64,000 nucleotides of DNA. Origin: Candidatus Eiseniibacteriota bacterium (GTDB lineage: Bacteria; Eisenbacteria; RBG-16-71-46). Position 1 is the stretch's first letter; each line of letters opens with the position of its first letter. Location: positions 1,216,001 to 1,280,000 of the forward strand of contig OY970178.1 of NCBI GenBank assembly GCA_963707915.1. The letters are read 5' to 3'. The position numbers and the translations under genes were made by a program. The notes below the pieces were generated by a model. That model searched no databases, was not told the DNA's origin, and worked only from the letters and a program-made list of their open reading frames with translations. Shown here in pieces: positions 20,719 to 29,716 of the stretch.

Positions 20719-21578
20719 CGCGGCCTCCCGAACGGGTTCCACTCCCCGCACCACGGGCACTCCCAGCGCCGCGGCCAGGGCCGCGGCGGCGCGAGCACGC
20801 TGTGCTCGCCGCACTCGCGGCAGACGTGCGTCACGCGGCGCCGCCCCGGCAGCCCGGCTCCACCGCGCACCTCCGGCGCCGGGCCCGGGGTCCCGGCCTT
20901 GCGGAACGCGAACACGAAGTTCGCGTCGCGCGCCAGGTCGAGGCCGACGGCGCGGTGCAGCCACGCCAGCGTGTCGGTGAACGGCCCCTGCAGCCCCTTG
21001 GTGCGCGGGTCGTTCATCCACGAGAAGCCCGCCGGCACGAACGCGTGGGCGGTCGGGACCAGGCCGCGCCGGCCGAAGAGCCCCAGCAGCGTCGGCAGGT
21101 CGAAACGCTGCTGGTGCTCGACGCGCTTGCGGAACTTCAGCAGCGCGAACTTGGCGAACCGTCCGGCGAAGCGGTAGAGCCGGTCGTCGAAGGCCGCGGC
21201 GCGCGGCACCGCGACGTAGAGCGTGCCGCCGGGGCGCGTCAGGCGCGCCAGCTCGTCGCAGCAGGCGGCCAGCCGCGTGACGTGCTCGAGCACGTAGTGG
21301 CAGATCACCAGGTCGAACGGCCCGTCCCGCAGCGGCAGCCGCTCGAGGCTCGCGCGCAGCACGTCCACGCCTTCGCGTCCCGCCGGAGGTCCGGGCGGGA
21401 ACTTGATGTCGAAGGCCGTGATGCGCAGGTCGGGCCGGTCGCCGTACCGCCACGATCCCGGGCCGCAGCCCGCGTCGAGCACGCGGGCGCCCGGCGGCGC
21501 CGCGTCGACCAGCTCGTGCAGGAAGAGCGGCGGCTCGCCGGCCGCCCGGACCGGCTTGCGGGCCCAGGGCTGGCTCAT
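20715..21578 (-). CDS. Class I SAM methyltransferase with C-terminal zinc ribbon
   Basis: VLDAGCGPG, FDLVICHYVLEHV, PGG; C-terminal CRECG...CPWCG. Confidence 0.82.
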   Translation of the reverse strand: MSQPWARKPVRAAGEPPLFLHELVDAAPPGARVLDAGCGPGSWRYGDRPDLRITAFDIKFPPGPPAGREGVDVLRASLERLPLRDGPFDLVICHYVLEHVTRLAACCDELARLTRPGGTLYVAVPRAAAFDDRLYRFAGRFAKFALLKFRKRVEHQQRFDLPTLLGLFGRRGLVPTAHAFVPAGFSWMNDPRTKGLQGPFTDTLAWLHRAVGLDLARDANFVFAFRKAGTPGPAPEVRGGAGLPGRRRVTHVCRECGEHSVLAPPRPWPRRWECPWCGEWNPFGRPR

Positions 21579-21675
21579 CGCGCCGCCTCCACCGGGGAAC
21601 CGCCACGAGGCGCGACCCGCCCCGCGCACGGCACCGCGGCCGCGCGGGTCCCTTCCCGGGAGACGACGGTCCCCG

Positions 21676-22299
21676 TCACCGGACCTCGCGCTTCACGTCG
21701 AGCGGCCGCCGGACGAGCACCGCGACCTGGGTCTCGTAGCCGCCCTCATCGGGATCGCCGATGAAGGCGAAGACCAGCAGTTGCTCGGCGCGCCCCGGCA
21801 CGGCGTGCACGCTCCGGAGGACCACCTCGGGGTGGTAGTAGGTCGTGAACTCGAAGTCGCCCGGCGTCGCGTCCCAGCGCGCCCGCACCCGGTACCGCGG
21901 GACGTCGCCCTGGACCGCGTGACGCAGCGTGTCGGTCCGGTCCATCCGGGTGTACGGCAGCGAGCACTCCGGGACCCGGCCCGGCAGGGGGCTCAGCGTG
22001 CGGCGCAGGGCGGCGAGCCCGCGGACCAGGGTCGAGTCGTAGGCCGAGCCTTCGCTGCGCGACGCTAGGCCGGTCACGACCGCCACCTCCGGATCGCGCC
22101 CGTCGAGCGCGAAGTACGACACGCCGCCGAACCCCCCGCCCCCGCTCTCGGTCACCGAGCGCACGTAGACACAGCGGGTCGCGGGATCCCACCCCAGCAC
22201 CTCGAGGAGCGTCGGTCCGCCCACGGTGGCGCGGACCGGCGCGGCGCACGAGAGCAGCGCGAACAGCACGGGAACCGAGCCACGCACCAGGTTCTTCAC
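21676..22299 (-). CDS. Hypothetical exported protein
   Basis: GTG overlapping upstream TGA; signal-peptide-like VKNLVRGSVPVLFALLSCAAPVRA; no recognised domain. Confidence 0.6.
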   Translation of the reverse strand: MKNLVRGSVPVLFALLSCAAPVRATVGGPTLLEVLGWDPATRCVYVRSVTESGGGGFGGVSYFALDGRDPEVAVVTGLASRSEGSAYDSTLVRGLAALRRTLSPLPGRVPECSLPYTRMDRTDTLRHAVQGDVPRYRVRARWDATPGDFEFTTYYHPEVVLRSVHAVPGRAEQLLVFAFIGDPDEGGYETQVAVLVRRPLDVKREVR

Positions 22300-23204
22300 G
22301 GCTTCGCCTCCGAGGCGGGAACCCCGCGCATCGCGTCCCACAGCGCGCGCGGCACCGCGGCGGCGGCCGCGCCCTCCCCGCGCGCCAGCAGCCACAGCCA
22401 CAGCAGCTTCTGCTGCACCAGGAAGCACGGCAGCCAGGTCAGGCGGCCCGCGCCCCGCGCGTGGCGCGCGAACAGGGTCAGGTTCGCGCGCAGGCGCTGG
22501 TAGATCTTCCAGGGACTCGCCGCCCCGGTGCTGGCCGAGACCTTGTGCCGCAGCCGCGCGGCCGGGACGAACAGCAGGCCGAAGCCGGCCGCGCGGGCCC
22601 GCAGGCACCAGTCCGCGTCCTCGGCGTAGATGAAGTAGCGCTCGTCCAGCAGGCCGGCCCGCTCCCACGCCGCGCGGGTGGCGAGCAGGCAGCAGCCGGT
22701 GAGGTAGCCGGTGCGCTCGACCCCGCGGTACTGCCCGCGGTCACGCTGCCTCAGCCCCCGGTGCGCCGCGAGCCCCAGCGCGGGCACGCAGCGTCCGCCC
22801 GCGTACCAGATCACGCCGGGCGGCTGCTGGAAGCAGATGAGCGGCGCGGCGGCCCCCGCGCGCGGGTCCCGGTCGAGCGCGTGCAGGAGCTCCTCGCAGA
22901 GCCCCGGCTCCGCCTCGGTGTCGTTGTTGAGCAGCATCACCGCGTCGGCCCCCTGCCCCAGCGCGCGCTCGATCCCGGCGTTGCAGCCGCCGGCGAAGCG
23001 CCGGTTCCCGGGCAGCGCCAGCACGTCGATCTCGGGGAACTCGCGCCCGAGCGCCGCCACCGAGCCGTCGCTCGAGCCGTTGTCCACGACCATCACGCGC
23101 ACGCGCCAGCCTTCGGGCACCCGGCAGCGCGCCAGCGTGGGCAGCAACGCGCGGGTGTCCTCGAGCCCGTTCCAGTTGAGCACGACGACGGCGAGCGTCC
23201 TCAT
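22296..23204 (-). CDS. GT2 family glycosyltransferase (rhamnosyltransferase-like)
   Basis: VVLNWNG, VVDNGSSDGS, FAGGCNAG, LLNND, YFIYAEDADWC. Confidence 0.9.
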   Translation of the reverse strand: MRTLAVVVLNWNGLEDTRALLPTLARCRVPEGWRVRVMVVDNGSSDGSVAALGREFPEIDVLALPGNRRFAGGCNAGIERALGQGADAVMLLNNDTEAEPGLCEELLHALDRDPRAGAAAPLICFQQPPGVIWYAGGRCVPALGLAAHRGLRQRDRGQYRGVERTGYLTGCCLLATRAAWERAGLLDERYFIYAEDADWCLRARAAGFGLLFVPAARLRHKVSASTGAASPWKIYQRLRANLTLFARHARGAGRLTWLPCFLVQQKLLWLWLLARGEGAAAAAVPRALWDAMRGVPASEAKP

Positions 23205-24805
23205 CCGGCGCGGGCCTCCGCGCGCCACGCCGCGAGCAGCCGCGCCAGGGCGATCCCGGCCAGCGCCGCCAGCAACGCGAGCCCCGCCAGCACCGGCCGC
23301 GCGGGGGTGCCGGCGTAGAGCGCGTAGAGCCACCAGAAGTCGAGCCCGTGCAGCAGCGCGGCCTGGTCGGCCGGCGACAGGCCGAGCCGCGCGCCCGGTG
23401 CGACCGTGCCGGAGATGCGCGGCCAGGCGCCGTGCAGGTGCTCGTCCAGGTTGCGCCCCAGCATCCGCCAGTGCCCCGCGATCGGGCTGAAGCGCGGGTT
23501 GAAGTGGCTGTCACTCATGAAGCGCGGATCCTCGAGCGGCAGCGTGTACGGGTAGTCGCCGGCCTCGCGCATCTGCGCGCCGAAGTAGATGCCCACGCCA
23601 CCGAGCGTGACGAACAGCCCGGCGAGCCCGAGCACGAGTGCGGCGCGCCGCACGGCGCGCGCGGCGCCGTGCAGCGCGAAGGCCACCAGCAGGAACGCCG
23701 GCGGCAGGAGCGGCACCAGGTAGCGCGGCCCGAAGGAGCCGTCACCGCCCCAGTGCTGGAAGCGGCAGTACATCGCCAGCCCGACCACCCAGAGCGCGAG
23801 AGCGCCCCACGCGGCCCGGCCCGCCGGCGTCAGTTCGCTCCAGCGCGCGCGCCTTCTGCCGGGCACCGCCGCGCGCAGCGCGTGGCTCCGCCGGGTCGCC
23901 GTCCGCCAGCCGCCGGGCGCCAGCCACAGCGCGGGGGCGAACCACGCCAGGCCCTTGCCGGAGGAGAGCAGCAGCCCGTAGAGGCCGACCAGGACCGGCG
24001 TGGTGAAGGCGGCGGGCGAGGCCTGCGCGCCGTATCCCGTCTCGAGGGGCGAGCCGAACCGCGCCCAGCCGTACGCCGCGTGCCCGGCGAGTGCGAGCGC
24101 CAGGCCCAGCCCGGGGCCCACCCACGCCCCGGGCGGAGCGCCGATCATGGGCACCAGGCAGGCCAGCGCCAGCGGCAGCATCGTGAGCTTGGCCGAGACC
24201 GCGAGCAGCGCGCCCAGCCCGGCCAGGCGACCGAGCCGGCCGCGCGCCCGCGCCGTCGCCGACGGCAGGAGCGCCGCGGCGACCACCACGAGCAGCAGCC
24301 CGAGCGCCTGGAGCGGCTCGGCCATGAAGCTCTTGGCGTAGATCCAGGTGGGCGTGGTGAACCCGAGCAGCAGCGCTCCGGCCAGCGCCGCGCCCGCCCC
24401 CGCACCAAGCGCGCGCGCGCCGACGTAGAACGCACCGAGCAGCACGGCGGTGACGAGCGCGTTGAAGAAGGACGCGCCGAAGCGCACCGCCAGGGCCCGC
24501 CGTTCCGGGCCGAGCCCGAGCGCGGCGGAGCCGGCCTCGGCGGCGGCCACGAGCGGCAGCGCGAGCACCGCCTGGCCGGCGGTGTTCTTGGTGTAGAGGC
24601 GTCCGTCCGGGCCCCGGAGGGTCGCGCCCTCCGGCACCGAGATGCCGCCGTGCAGCATGGCGCGGGAGAGCTCGAGCATGGTGACCTCGTCGCTGCCCAC
24701 CACGCGCCCGCCGCCGGTGAGGACGTAGAGCAGGAAGGCGGCGACCGCCAGCGCCAGGCCGGTGCGCCCCGCCGAGCCGCGGCGGGCATCGGGCGCCGGC
24801 CTCAC
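23201..24805 (-). CDS. GT-C-like polytopic membrane protein
   Basis: GSDE acidic first loop, YAKSFMAEP, GLYGLLLSSGKGL, WGGDGSFGPRYLVP; many TM helices. Confidence 0.68.
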   Translation of the reverse strand: MRPAPDARRGSAGRTGLALAVAAFLLYVLTGGGRVVGSDEVTMLELSRAMLHGGISVPEGATLRGPDGRLYTKNTAGQAVLALPLVAAAEAGSAALGLGPERRALAVRFGASFFNALVTAVLLGAFYVGARALGAGAGAALAGALLLGFTTPTWIYAKSFMAEPLQALGLLLVVVAAALLPSATARARGRLGRLAGLGALLAVSAKLTMLPLALACLVPMIGAPPGAWVGPGLGLALALAGHAAYGWARFGSPLETGYGAQASPAAFTTPVLVGLYGLLLSSGKGLAWFAPALWLAPGGWRTATRRSHALRAAVPGRRRARWSELTPAGRAAWGALALWVVGLAMYCRFQHWGGDGSFGPRYLVPLLPPAFLLVAFALHGAARAVRRAALVLGLAGLFVTLGGVGIYFGAQMREAGDYPYTLPLEDPRFMSDSHFNPRFSPIAGHWRMLGRNLDEHLHGAWPRISGTVAPGARLGLSPADQAALLHGLDFWWLYALYAGTPARPVLAGLALLAALAGIALARLLAAWRAEARAG

Positions 24806-25947
24806 CGCCAGCCCCGCCCGGGCACGAGCGAGTCCACCAGCGAGAGGGTGTGCCCGGCGAGCACGTCCCACGAGTGCGCGGCCTGGAGCGCGCGCACGCC
24901 CTCCCGCATCCGCGGCGCGAGGCCTCCTTCGAAGAAGCTCACGATCGCGGCGGCCAGCGCGGCGGGGTCCGCGGGCGGCACGACCAGCCCGGTCTCGCCC
25001 GGACGCACGGTCTCGGCCAGGCCGCCCACGTCGGTGGTGATCACGGGCGCGCCCAGCGCGTAGGCCACGTGGGTCACGCCGCTCTGGGTGGCCGAGCGGT
25101 AGGGCAGCACCACGACGTCCGCAGCCTTGAACAGCGCCTCGACGTCCTCATCGGACTGGTAGCCCTCCCGCAGGAGCACCGCGCCCGGTCCGGCCGCCAC
25201 CGCCAGCGCGCGATAGGGCGCGGCGTCCTCGTAGAAGTCGCCGGCCACGATCAGCGTGGCGGGCCGCCGCGCGCGCACCCGCGGCCACGCCTCGAGCAGC
25301 GTGTCGAGCCCCTTGTAGCGGCGCACGTAGCCGAAGAACAGCGCGACCTCGCCGTCGGCGTCCAGGCCGAACCTGGCCCGCGCGCTCGCGCGGGTGAAGC
25401 GCCCGCGGTCGAACTGGGCGTAGAGCGGGTGGGGCACGCGACGCATGGGCGCTCCGGGCTTGAGCTCGGCGAGGTCGCGGCCCACGCTATCCGACATGAC
25501 GAGGTAGCCGTCCGAGTTGCGCAGCATCCAGCGGGTCAGCTCCCGGTCGAAGGGCCGATGCTCGTGCGGCACCAGATTGTCGCACACCAGGACGACCCGG
25601 GTGCCACGCCTTCGCAAAGGCCCCACGGCCGAAGCGAAGGCGGGGGCGAAAAAGGGCATCCACCACTTGAGGATGACGGCACCGGGGGCGAAGCGCTCGA
25701 GGTGCGCCGCGGTGCGTCGCCAGGAGAGCGGGCCGATCGAGTCGAGCAGGGACTCGACCGGGAAGCCGGGGGGCGGGGCCGCGGGGTCGAGCTGCGAGCC
25801 GCCGGGGAACACCAGGCCGGGGTACTGGCGGGTGAAGGTCACGGCCCGCACCTCGGCCTGCTTCGCCAGCGCTTCGCCCAGCAGGGCGAGGTACTGCGCC
25901 AGCCCCCCGCGCCAGGGAGCCAGCGGTCCCACGAGGGCGATGCGCAT
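24802..25947 (-). CDS. GT4 family glycosyltransferase
   Basis: GPLAPWRGGLAQY, FFGYVRRYKGLD, VLPYRSATQSGV, TDVGGL. Confidence 0.9.
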   Translation of the reverse strand: MRIALVGPLAPWRGGLAQYLALLGEALAKQAEVRAVTFTRQYPGLVFPGGSQLDPAAPPPGFPVESLLDSIGPLSWRRTAAHLERFAPGAVILKWWMPFFAPAFASAVGPLRRRGTRVVLVCDNLVPHEHRPFDRELTRWMLRNSDGYLVMSDSVGRDLAELKPGAPMRRVPHPLYAQFDRGRFTRASARARFGLDADGEVALFFGYVRRYKGLDTLLEAWPRVRARRPATLIVAGDFYEDAAPYRALAVAAGPGAVLLREGYQSDEDVEALFKAADVVVLPYRSATQSGVTHVAYALGAPVITTDVGGLAETVRPGETGLVVPPADPAALAAAIVSFFEGGLAPRMREGVRALQAAHSWDVLAGHTLSLVDSLVPGRGWR

Positions 25948-26037
25948 GGATCTCGTCTCCGTGGTCATCAGCGGCCTTCCTCCGACGGACCCATGCGCTC
26001 CCCGGACTGCGGCCCGGCGGGGGCCGGGATCCCATCC

Positions 26038-27063
26038 TCAGCGCGTGCCCGAGGCCCAGGTGACCAGGCCGCGGCGTTCGAACTGGAAGGGCACCACCTG
26101 CCCGCCGTGCTTCTCGAGGACCGCGGCCACACGGTGCTTGCGGTCGAAGCGCGTCAGCAGCAGGAAGTAGCCGCCGCCGCCCGCGCCGGGCATCTTCCCG
26201 CCGATGGCGCCCTCGCGGCGCGCGAGCCGGTAGAGCCGGTCCACGTGGCTGTTCGAGATGCCCTCGTCCAGCCGCTTCTTGGACTCCCACGCTTCGTGCA
26301 GCAGCTCACCCAGCGCGTCCACCTTGCCGAGCAGCAGGGCCTTCTTCATCTCGAGCGTCTCGTTCTTGAGCCGGCGCAGCGCTTCCACCACGTCCGCGCG
26401 GCCGGCCCGGTAGGCCGCGGTCTGGCGCTCGATGATCTTCGCCGACTGGCGGGTCTGGCCCATGTAGCAGAGCAGCAGGCGGTACTCGAGCTCGTTCAGG
26501 ACGTCGGCGCGGATGCGCAGCGGGTTCACGACCGTGGCGTCGGCGTTGAACTCGATGAAGTTGAAGCCACCGAAGGCCGAGGCATACTGGTCCTGCCTCC
26601 CGCCCGCCAGCCCGAGGTCCACGCGCTCGATGCGGTACGCCAGCTCGGCGACGTCGTAGTCGGGCATCGGCCGCCGCAGCCACCCGCTCATCACGCCGAT
26701 CAGGGCCACCACCAGCGTCGAGGAGGAGCCGAGCCCCGAGCCCGGGGGCGCGTCGGAGTGGACCCAGAGATCGGCGCCGCGGCGCACCTTGAAGGCGCGC
26801 ACCACCGCCTTGATGAGGTCCAGGTTCCCGTCGAGCTTCATGCGGCGCGGGTGGTCGTAGCGGGCGACCATGTCGTAGTCGAGGCTCGCGAGCGTCAGTC
26901 GCGAATCGCGCCGCGGCCGCAGCGAGGCGTAGGCGTACTGGTTGATGGTGGCCGAGAGCACCATGCCGCCGTGCTCCTCGGGGTACGGCGAGACGTCGGT
27001 GCCGCCGCCGCACAGCGAGATGCGCAGCGGCGCGCGCGCGCGGAAATAGGACGCGGTCCTCAC
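26038..27063 (-). CDS. hddA: D-glycero-alpha-D-manno-heptose-7-phosphate kinase (GHMP kinase)
   Basis: APLRISLCGGGTDV, DAPPGSGLGSSS, GGRQDQYASAFGGFN, GKMPGAGGGG. Confidence 0.82.
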   Translation of the reverse strand: MRTASYFRARAPLRISLCGGGTDVSPYPEEHGGMVLSATINQYAYASLRPRRDSRLTLASLDYDMVARYDHPRRMKLDGNLDLIKAVVRAFKVRRGADLWVHSDAPPGSGLGSSSTLVVALIGVMSGWLRRPMPDYDVAELAYRIERVDLGLAGGRQDQYASAFGGFNFIEFNADATVVNPLRIRADVLNELEYRLLLCYMGQTRQSAKIIERQTAAYRAGRADVVEALRRLKNETLEMKKALLLGKVDALGELLHEAWESKKRLDEGISNSHVDRLYRLARREGAIGGKMPGAGGGGYFLLLTRFDRKHRVAAVLEKHGGQVVPFQFERRGLVTWASGTR

Positions 27064-27773
27064 GAGCCGAACCTCCGTTCCGCCCGCTCCCAGTCCTCGG
27101 GCGTGCCGATGTCGAAGAACTCCCCCTCGACCGGGAGTGCCGCCAGCCGGCCCTCGGCGGCGAGCGCCGGCAGCACGTCGCGCTCGAGCGAGAACGTCGC
27201 GGCCGCCCGGCCGCGGGGCGGGCGGGGCATGTACCGCCACATCTCCGGATCGAAGGCGTACAGCCCGCCGTTGACCCACGCCGCACCGGCCTGCGCCGGG
27301 TCCTTCTCGACGAAGCGCGCCACGTGGCCGTCGGGCCCCAGCTCGACGCGCCCGCGGCCCGCGGCGTCCGTCACGCGGAAGATCGCGACCGCTCCCAGCG
27401 CCCCGTTCTCCCAGCGCATGCGCTCGAGCGCCCAGGGATCGCAGGGGGCCAGCGTGTCGCCGTTCGCCACCAGGCAGGGCCCGGTGACGAAAGGCGACGC
27501 CAGCTGCAGGGCCCCCCCGGTGCCGAGCGGCTCCTCCTCCACCGAGTGACGGAGCGTCACGCCCAGCGCCGCGCCATCGCCGAGCGCGGCGCGCACCGCG
27601 TCCGCGCCGTAGCCGGTGCACAGCACGGCGTCGCGCACGGCCGCGGCGGCCAGCCACTCGAGCTGCCGCGCCAGGAACGGCCTGCCGCCCAGCGGCGCGA
27701 GCGGCTTGGGCAGTTCGCCGAACCGCGGCTTGAGCCGCGTCCCCAGGCCGCCCGCGAGGATGAAGACCCTCAT
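27060..27773 (-). CDS. hddC: Sugar-1-phosphate nucleotidyltransferase, HddC-like
   Basis: ILAGGLGTRL, PKPL, EEPLGTGGA, ANGDT, FVEK, FFDIGTPED; adjacent to hddA. Confidence 0.75.
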   Translation of the reverse strand: MRVFILAGGLGTRLKPRFGELPKPLAPLGGRPFLARQLEWLAAAAVRDAVLCTGYGADAVRAALGDGAALGVTLRHSVEEEPLGTGGALQLASPFVTGPCLVANGDTLAPCDPWALERMRWENGALGAVAIFRVTDAAGRGRVELGPDGHVARFVEKDPAQAGAAWVNGGLYAFDPEMWRYMPRPPRGRAAATFSLERDVLPALAAEGRLAALPVEGEFFDIGTPEDWERAERRFGS

Positions 27774-28747
27774 GCCGGATCGTCCAGGTTGTAGCGCCGC
27801 CGCACCGGGTAGTCGGAGTGCGCACGCATGTGGGCGATCATCTCGCCCAGCAGGCCCATGAGGATGAACTGGAGGCCGCTGAGCAGGCACCAGCCCGCGA
27901 GCAGCATGAGCGGACGCGTGCGCATGGGCGTGCCGGTGGCCCACTGCCCCAGGAACCACAGCGAGATCGCGCCGCCGACGATCAGGAACAGCCCGCCGAC
28001 GCGGCCGAAGACGTGCAGCGGCTTGAGCGCGCTGGTCGAGATGAAGGCCGCCGAGATCAGGTCGAGGAAGCCGTTCGCGAAGCGCGCCGCCCCGAACTTG
28101 CTGCGGCCGTGCCGGCGCGCGCGGTGCTGCACCGACACCTCGCCCACGCGGAAGCCCTGCCAGTGCGCGAGCGCCGGCAGCACGCGGTGCAGCTCGCCGT
28201 AGACCTGGATCGCCTCGGTCACCTCGCGGCGGTAGAGCTTGAAGCCGCAGTTGAAATCGTGCAGGCGCAGCCCCACGACCCAGGAGGTCACCAGGTTGTA
28301 GACCTTCGAGGGGAAGCGCTTGGTGAACGGGTCCTGCCGTTTCAGCTTCCAGCCCGACACCAGGTCGAGCCCGCCCTCGAGCGCCTCGACCAGCTTCGGC
28401 AGCTCGGCCGGGTCGTCCTGCAGGTCGGCGTCCAGCGTCAGGACCCACTCGCCGCGGGCCAGGCGGAAGCCGGTCGCCAGCGCGGCGGCCTTGCCGTAGT
28501 TCCCGCGGAACGAGACGCCGCGCACCCGCGGGTCGGCGGCGGCGAGCCGCTCGACCACCCGGTCCGTCCCGTCGCGCGAGCCGTCGTCGATGTAGATCAC
28601 CTCCCAGCGCCGGCCCAGCCGGTCCAGGGCGGCGGCCAGCTCCCGCTGCAGCTCGGGCAGGCTCTCGGCCTCGTTCCAGGCCGGGATCACCGCCGTGATG
28701 AGGATGCCGCGCCCGTCGCCGCCGTCCGCAGCCGTCGCCTGGTCCAT
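27770..28747 (-). CDS. GT2 polyprenyl-phosphate glycosyltransferase (GtrB/ArnC-like, two C-terminal TMs)
   Basis: IPAWNE, IDDGSRDGT, NYGKAAAL, DADLQDDP, HDFNCGFKLY, GELHR. Confidence 0.88.
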   Translation of the reverse strand: MDQATAADGGDGRGILITAVIPAWNEAESLPELQRELAAALDRLGRRWEVIYIDDGSRDGTDRVVERLAAADPRVRGVSFRGNYGKAAALATGFRLARGEWVLTLDADLQDDPAELPKLVEALEGGLDLVSGWKLKRQDPFTKRFPSKVYNLVTSWVVGLRLHDFNCGFKLYRREVTEAIQVYGELHRVLPALAHWQGFRVGEVSVQHRARRHGRSKFGAARFANGFLDLISAAFISTSALKPLHVFGRVGGLFLIVGGAISLWFLGQWATGTPMRTRPLMLLAGWCLLSGLQFILMGLLGEMIAHMRAHSDYPVRRRYNLDDPA

Positions 28748-29703
28748 CACCGGCCCTCCCCGTAGATGCCGCGAGCCCACTCCGCCTCCGCTGCGAGCCC
28801 CTGCTCGATGCCGACCGTGGGCACCATCCCCAGCGCGGCCCGCAGCCGGGTCGAGTCCGCGCGGGTGCGCAGCGGGTCGCCGGGGGGCGTGGCCTCGTAT
28901 CGCACGTTGGCCTTCACTCCGAGCAGCCCCTCGAGCAGGGCCACGACCTCGCGGACCTCGACCTGGGAGCCGCCGCCGACGTTGTAGGTCACCGGGCCGC
29001 CGCCGCGCTCCCAGGCGAGGAAGGTGGCCTCCACGGCGTCGGCGACGAAGGTGAAGTCGCGCGACTGCGCGCCGTCGCCGTAGACCGTGAGGGTCTCGCC
29101 GCGCAGCATCGCGCGGCAGAAGCGGTGGAAGGCCATGTCGGGGCGCTGGCGCGGGCCGTAGACCGTGAAGTAGCGCAGCGCCACGGCCGGCAGGCCGAAG
29201 TTGCGGCCGTAGAGCAGCACTAGGTGCTCGCCCGCGAGCTTGGTGACCCCGTAGGGCGAGAACGGGCGCGGCAGCAGGTCCTCGGGCGTCGGGTAGCGTT
29301 CGGCGTCCCCGTAGACGGACGACGACGAGGCGTAGACGAAGCGCTGGAGACGGCCCCCGCGGTAGCGCTCGAGCATCCGCTGCGTGGCGAGCACGTTGTG
29401 GTGCGCGTAGGCGGCGAACTCGGTCCCCCACGAGGCGCGCACACCCGGCTGGGCGGCCAGGTGGAACACCACGTCGACCTCGGGCAGGGTGGTCAGGTCG
29501 GCCGCGGCCAGGTCCATCTCGAGCAGGCGGAAGCGCTCGTCCGCGAGCGGCCCCGCGAGGTTCGCGCGCTTGATCGTCGGATCGTAGTAGTCCGTGAAGG
29601 CATCCACCCCCGTCACCCGCGCCCCGCTGGCGAGCAGGCGCTCGACCAGGTGGGACCCGATGAACCCCGCGGCCCCGGTCACCAACGCGTGCGCCATGCT
29701 CAC
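28747..29703 (-). CDS. NAD-dependent nucleotide-sugar epimerase (UDP-glucuronate 4-epimerase-like)
   Basis: TGAAGFIGS, HLAAQPGVRAS, SSSSVYG, YGVTK, YGPRQRPDMAF. Confidence 0.9.
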   Translation of the reverse strand: MSMAHALVTGAAGFIGSHLVERLLASGARVTGVDAFTDYYDPTIKRANLAGPLADERFRLLEMDLAAADLTTLPEVDVVFHLAAQPGVRASWGTEFAAYAHHNVLATQRMLERYRGGRLQRFVYASSSSVYGDAERYPTPEDLLPRPFSPYGVTKLAGEHLVLLYGRNFGLPAVALRYFTVYGPRQRPDMAFHRFCRAMLRGETLTVYGDGAQSRDFTFVADAVEATFLAWERGGGPVTYNVGGGSQVEVREVVALLEGLLGVKANVRYEATPPGDPLRTRADSTRLRAALGMVPTVGIEQGLAAEAEWARGIYGEGR

Positions 29704-29716
29704 GGACTTCCTCCTC

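Noticed and set aside
26038..29431. Long N-terminal extensions in the ORF track (e.g. 26038-27825, 27060-28448, 27770-29431)
   Set aside because: Upstream-most start artefacts overlapping neighbouring genes; true starts overlap the preceding stop codons.
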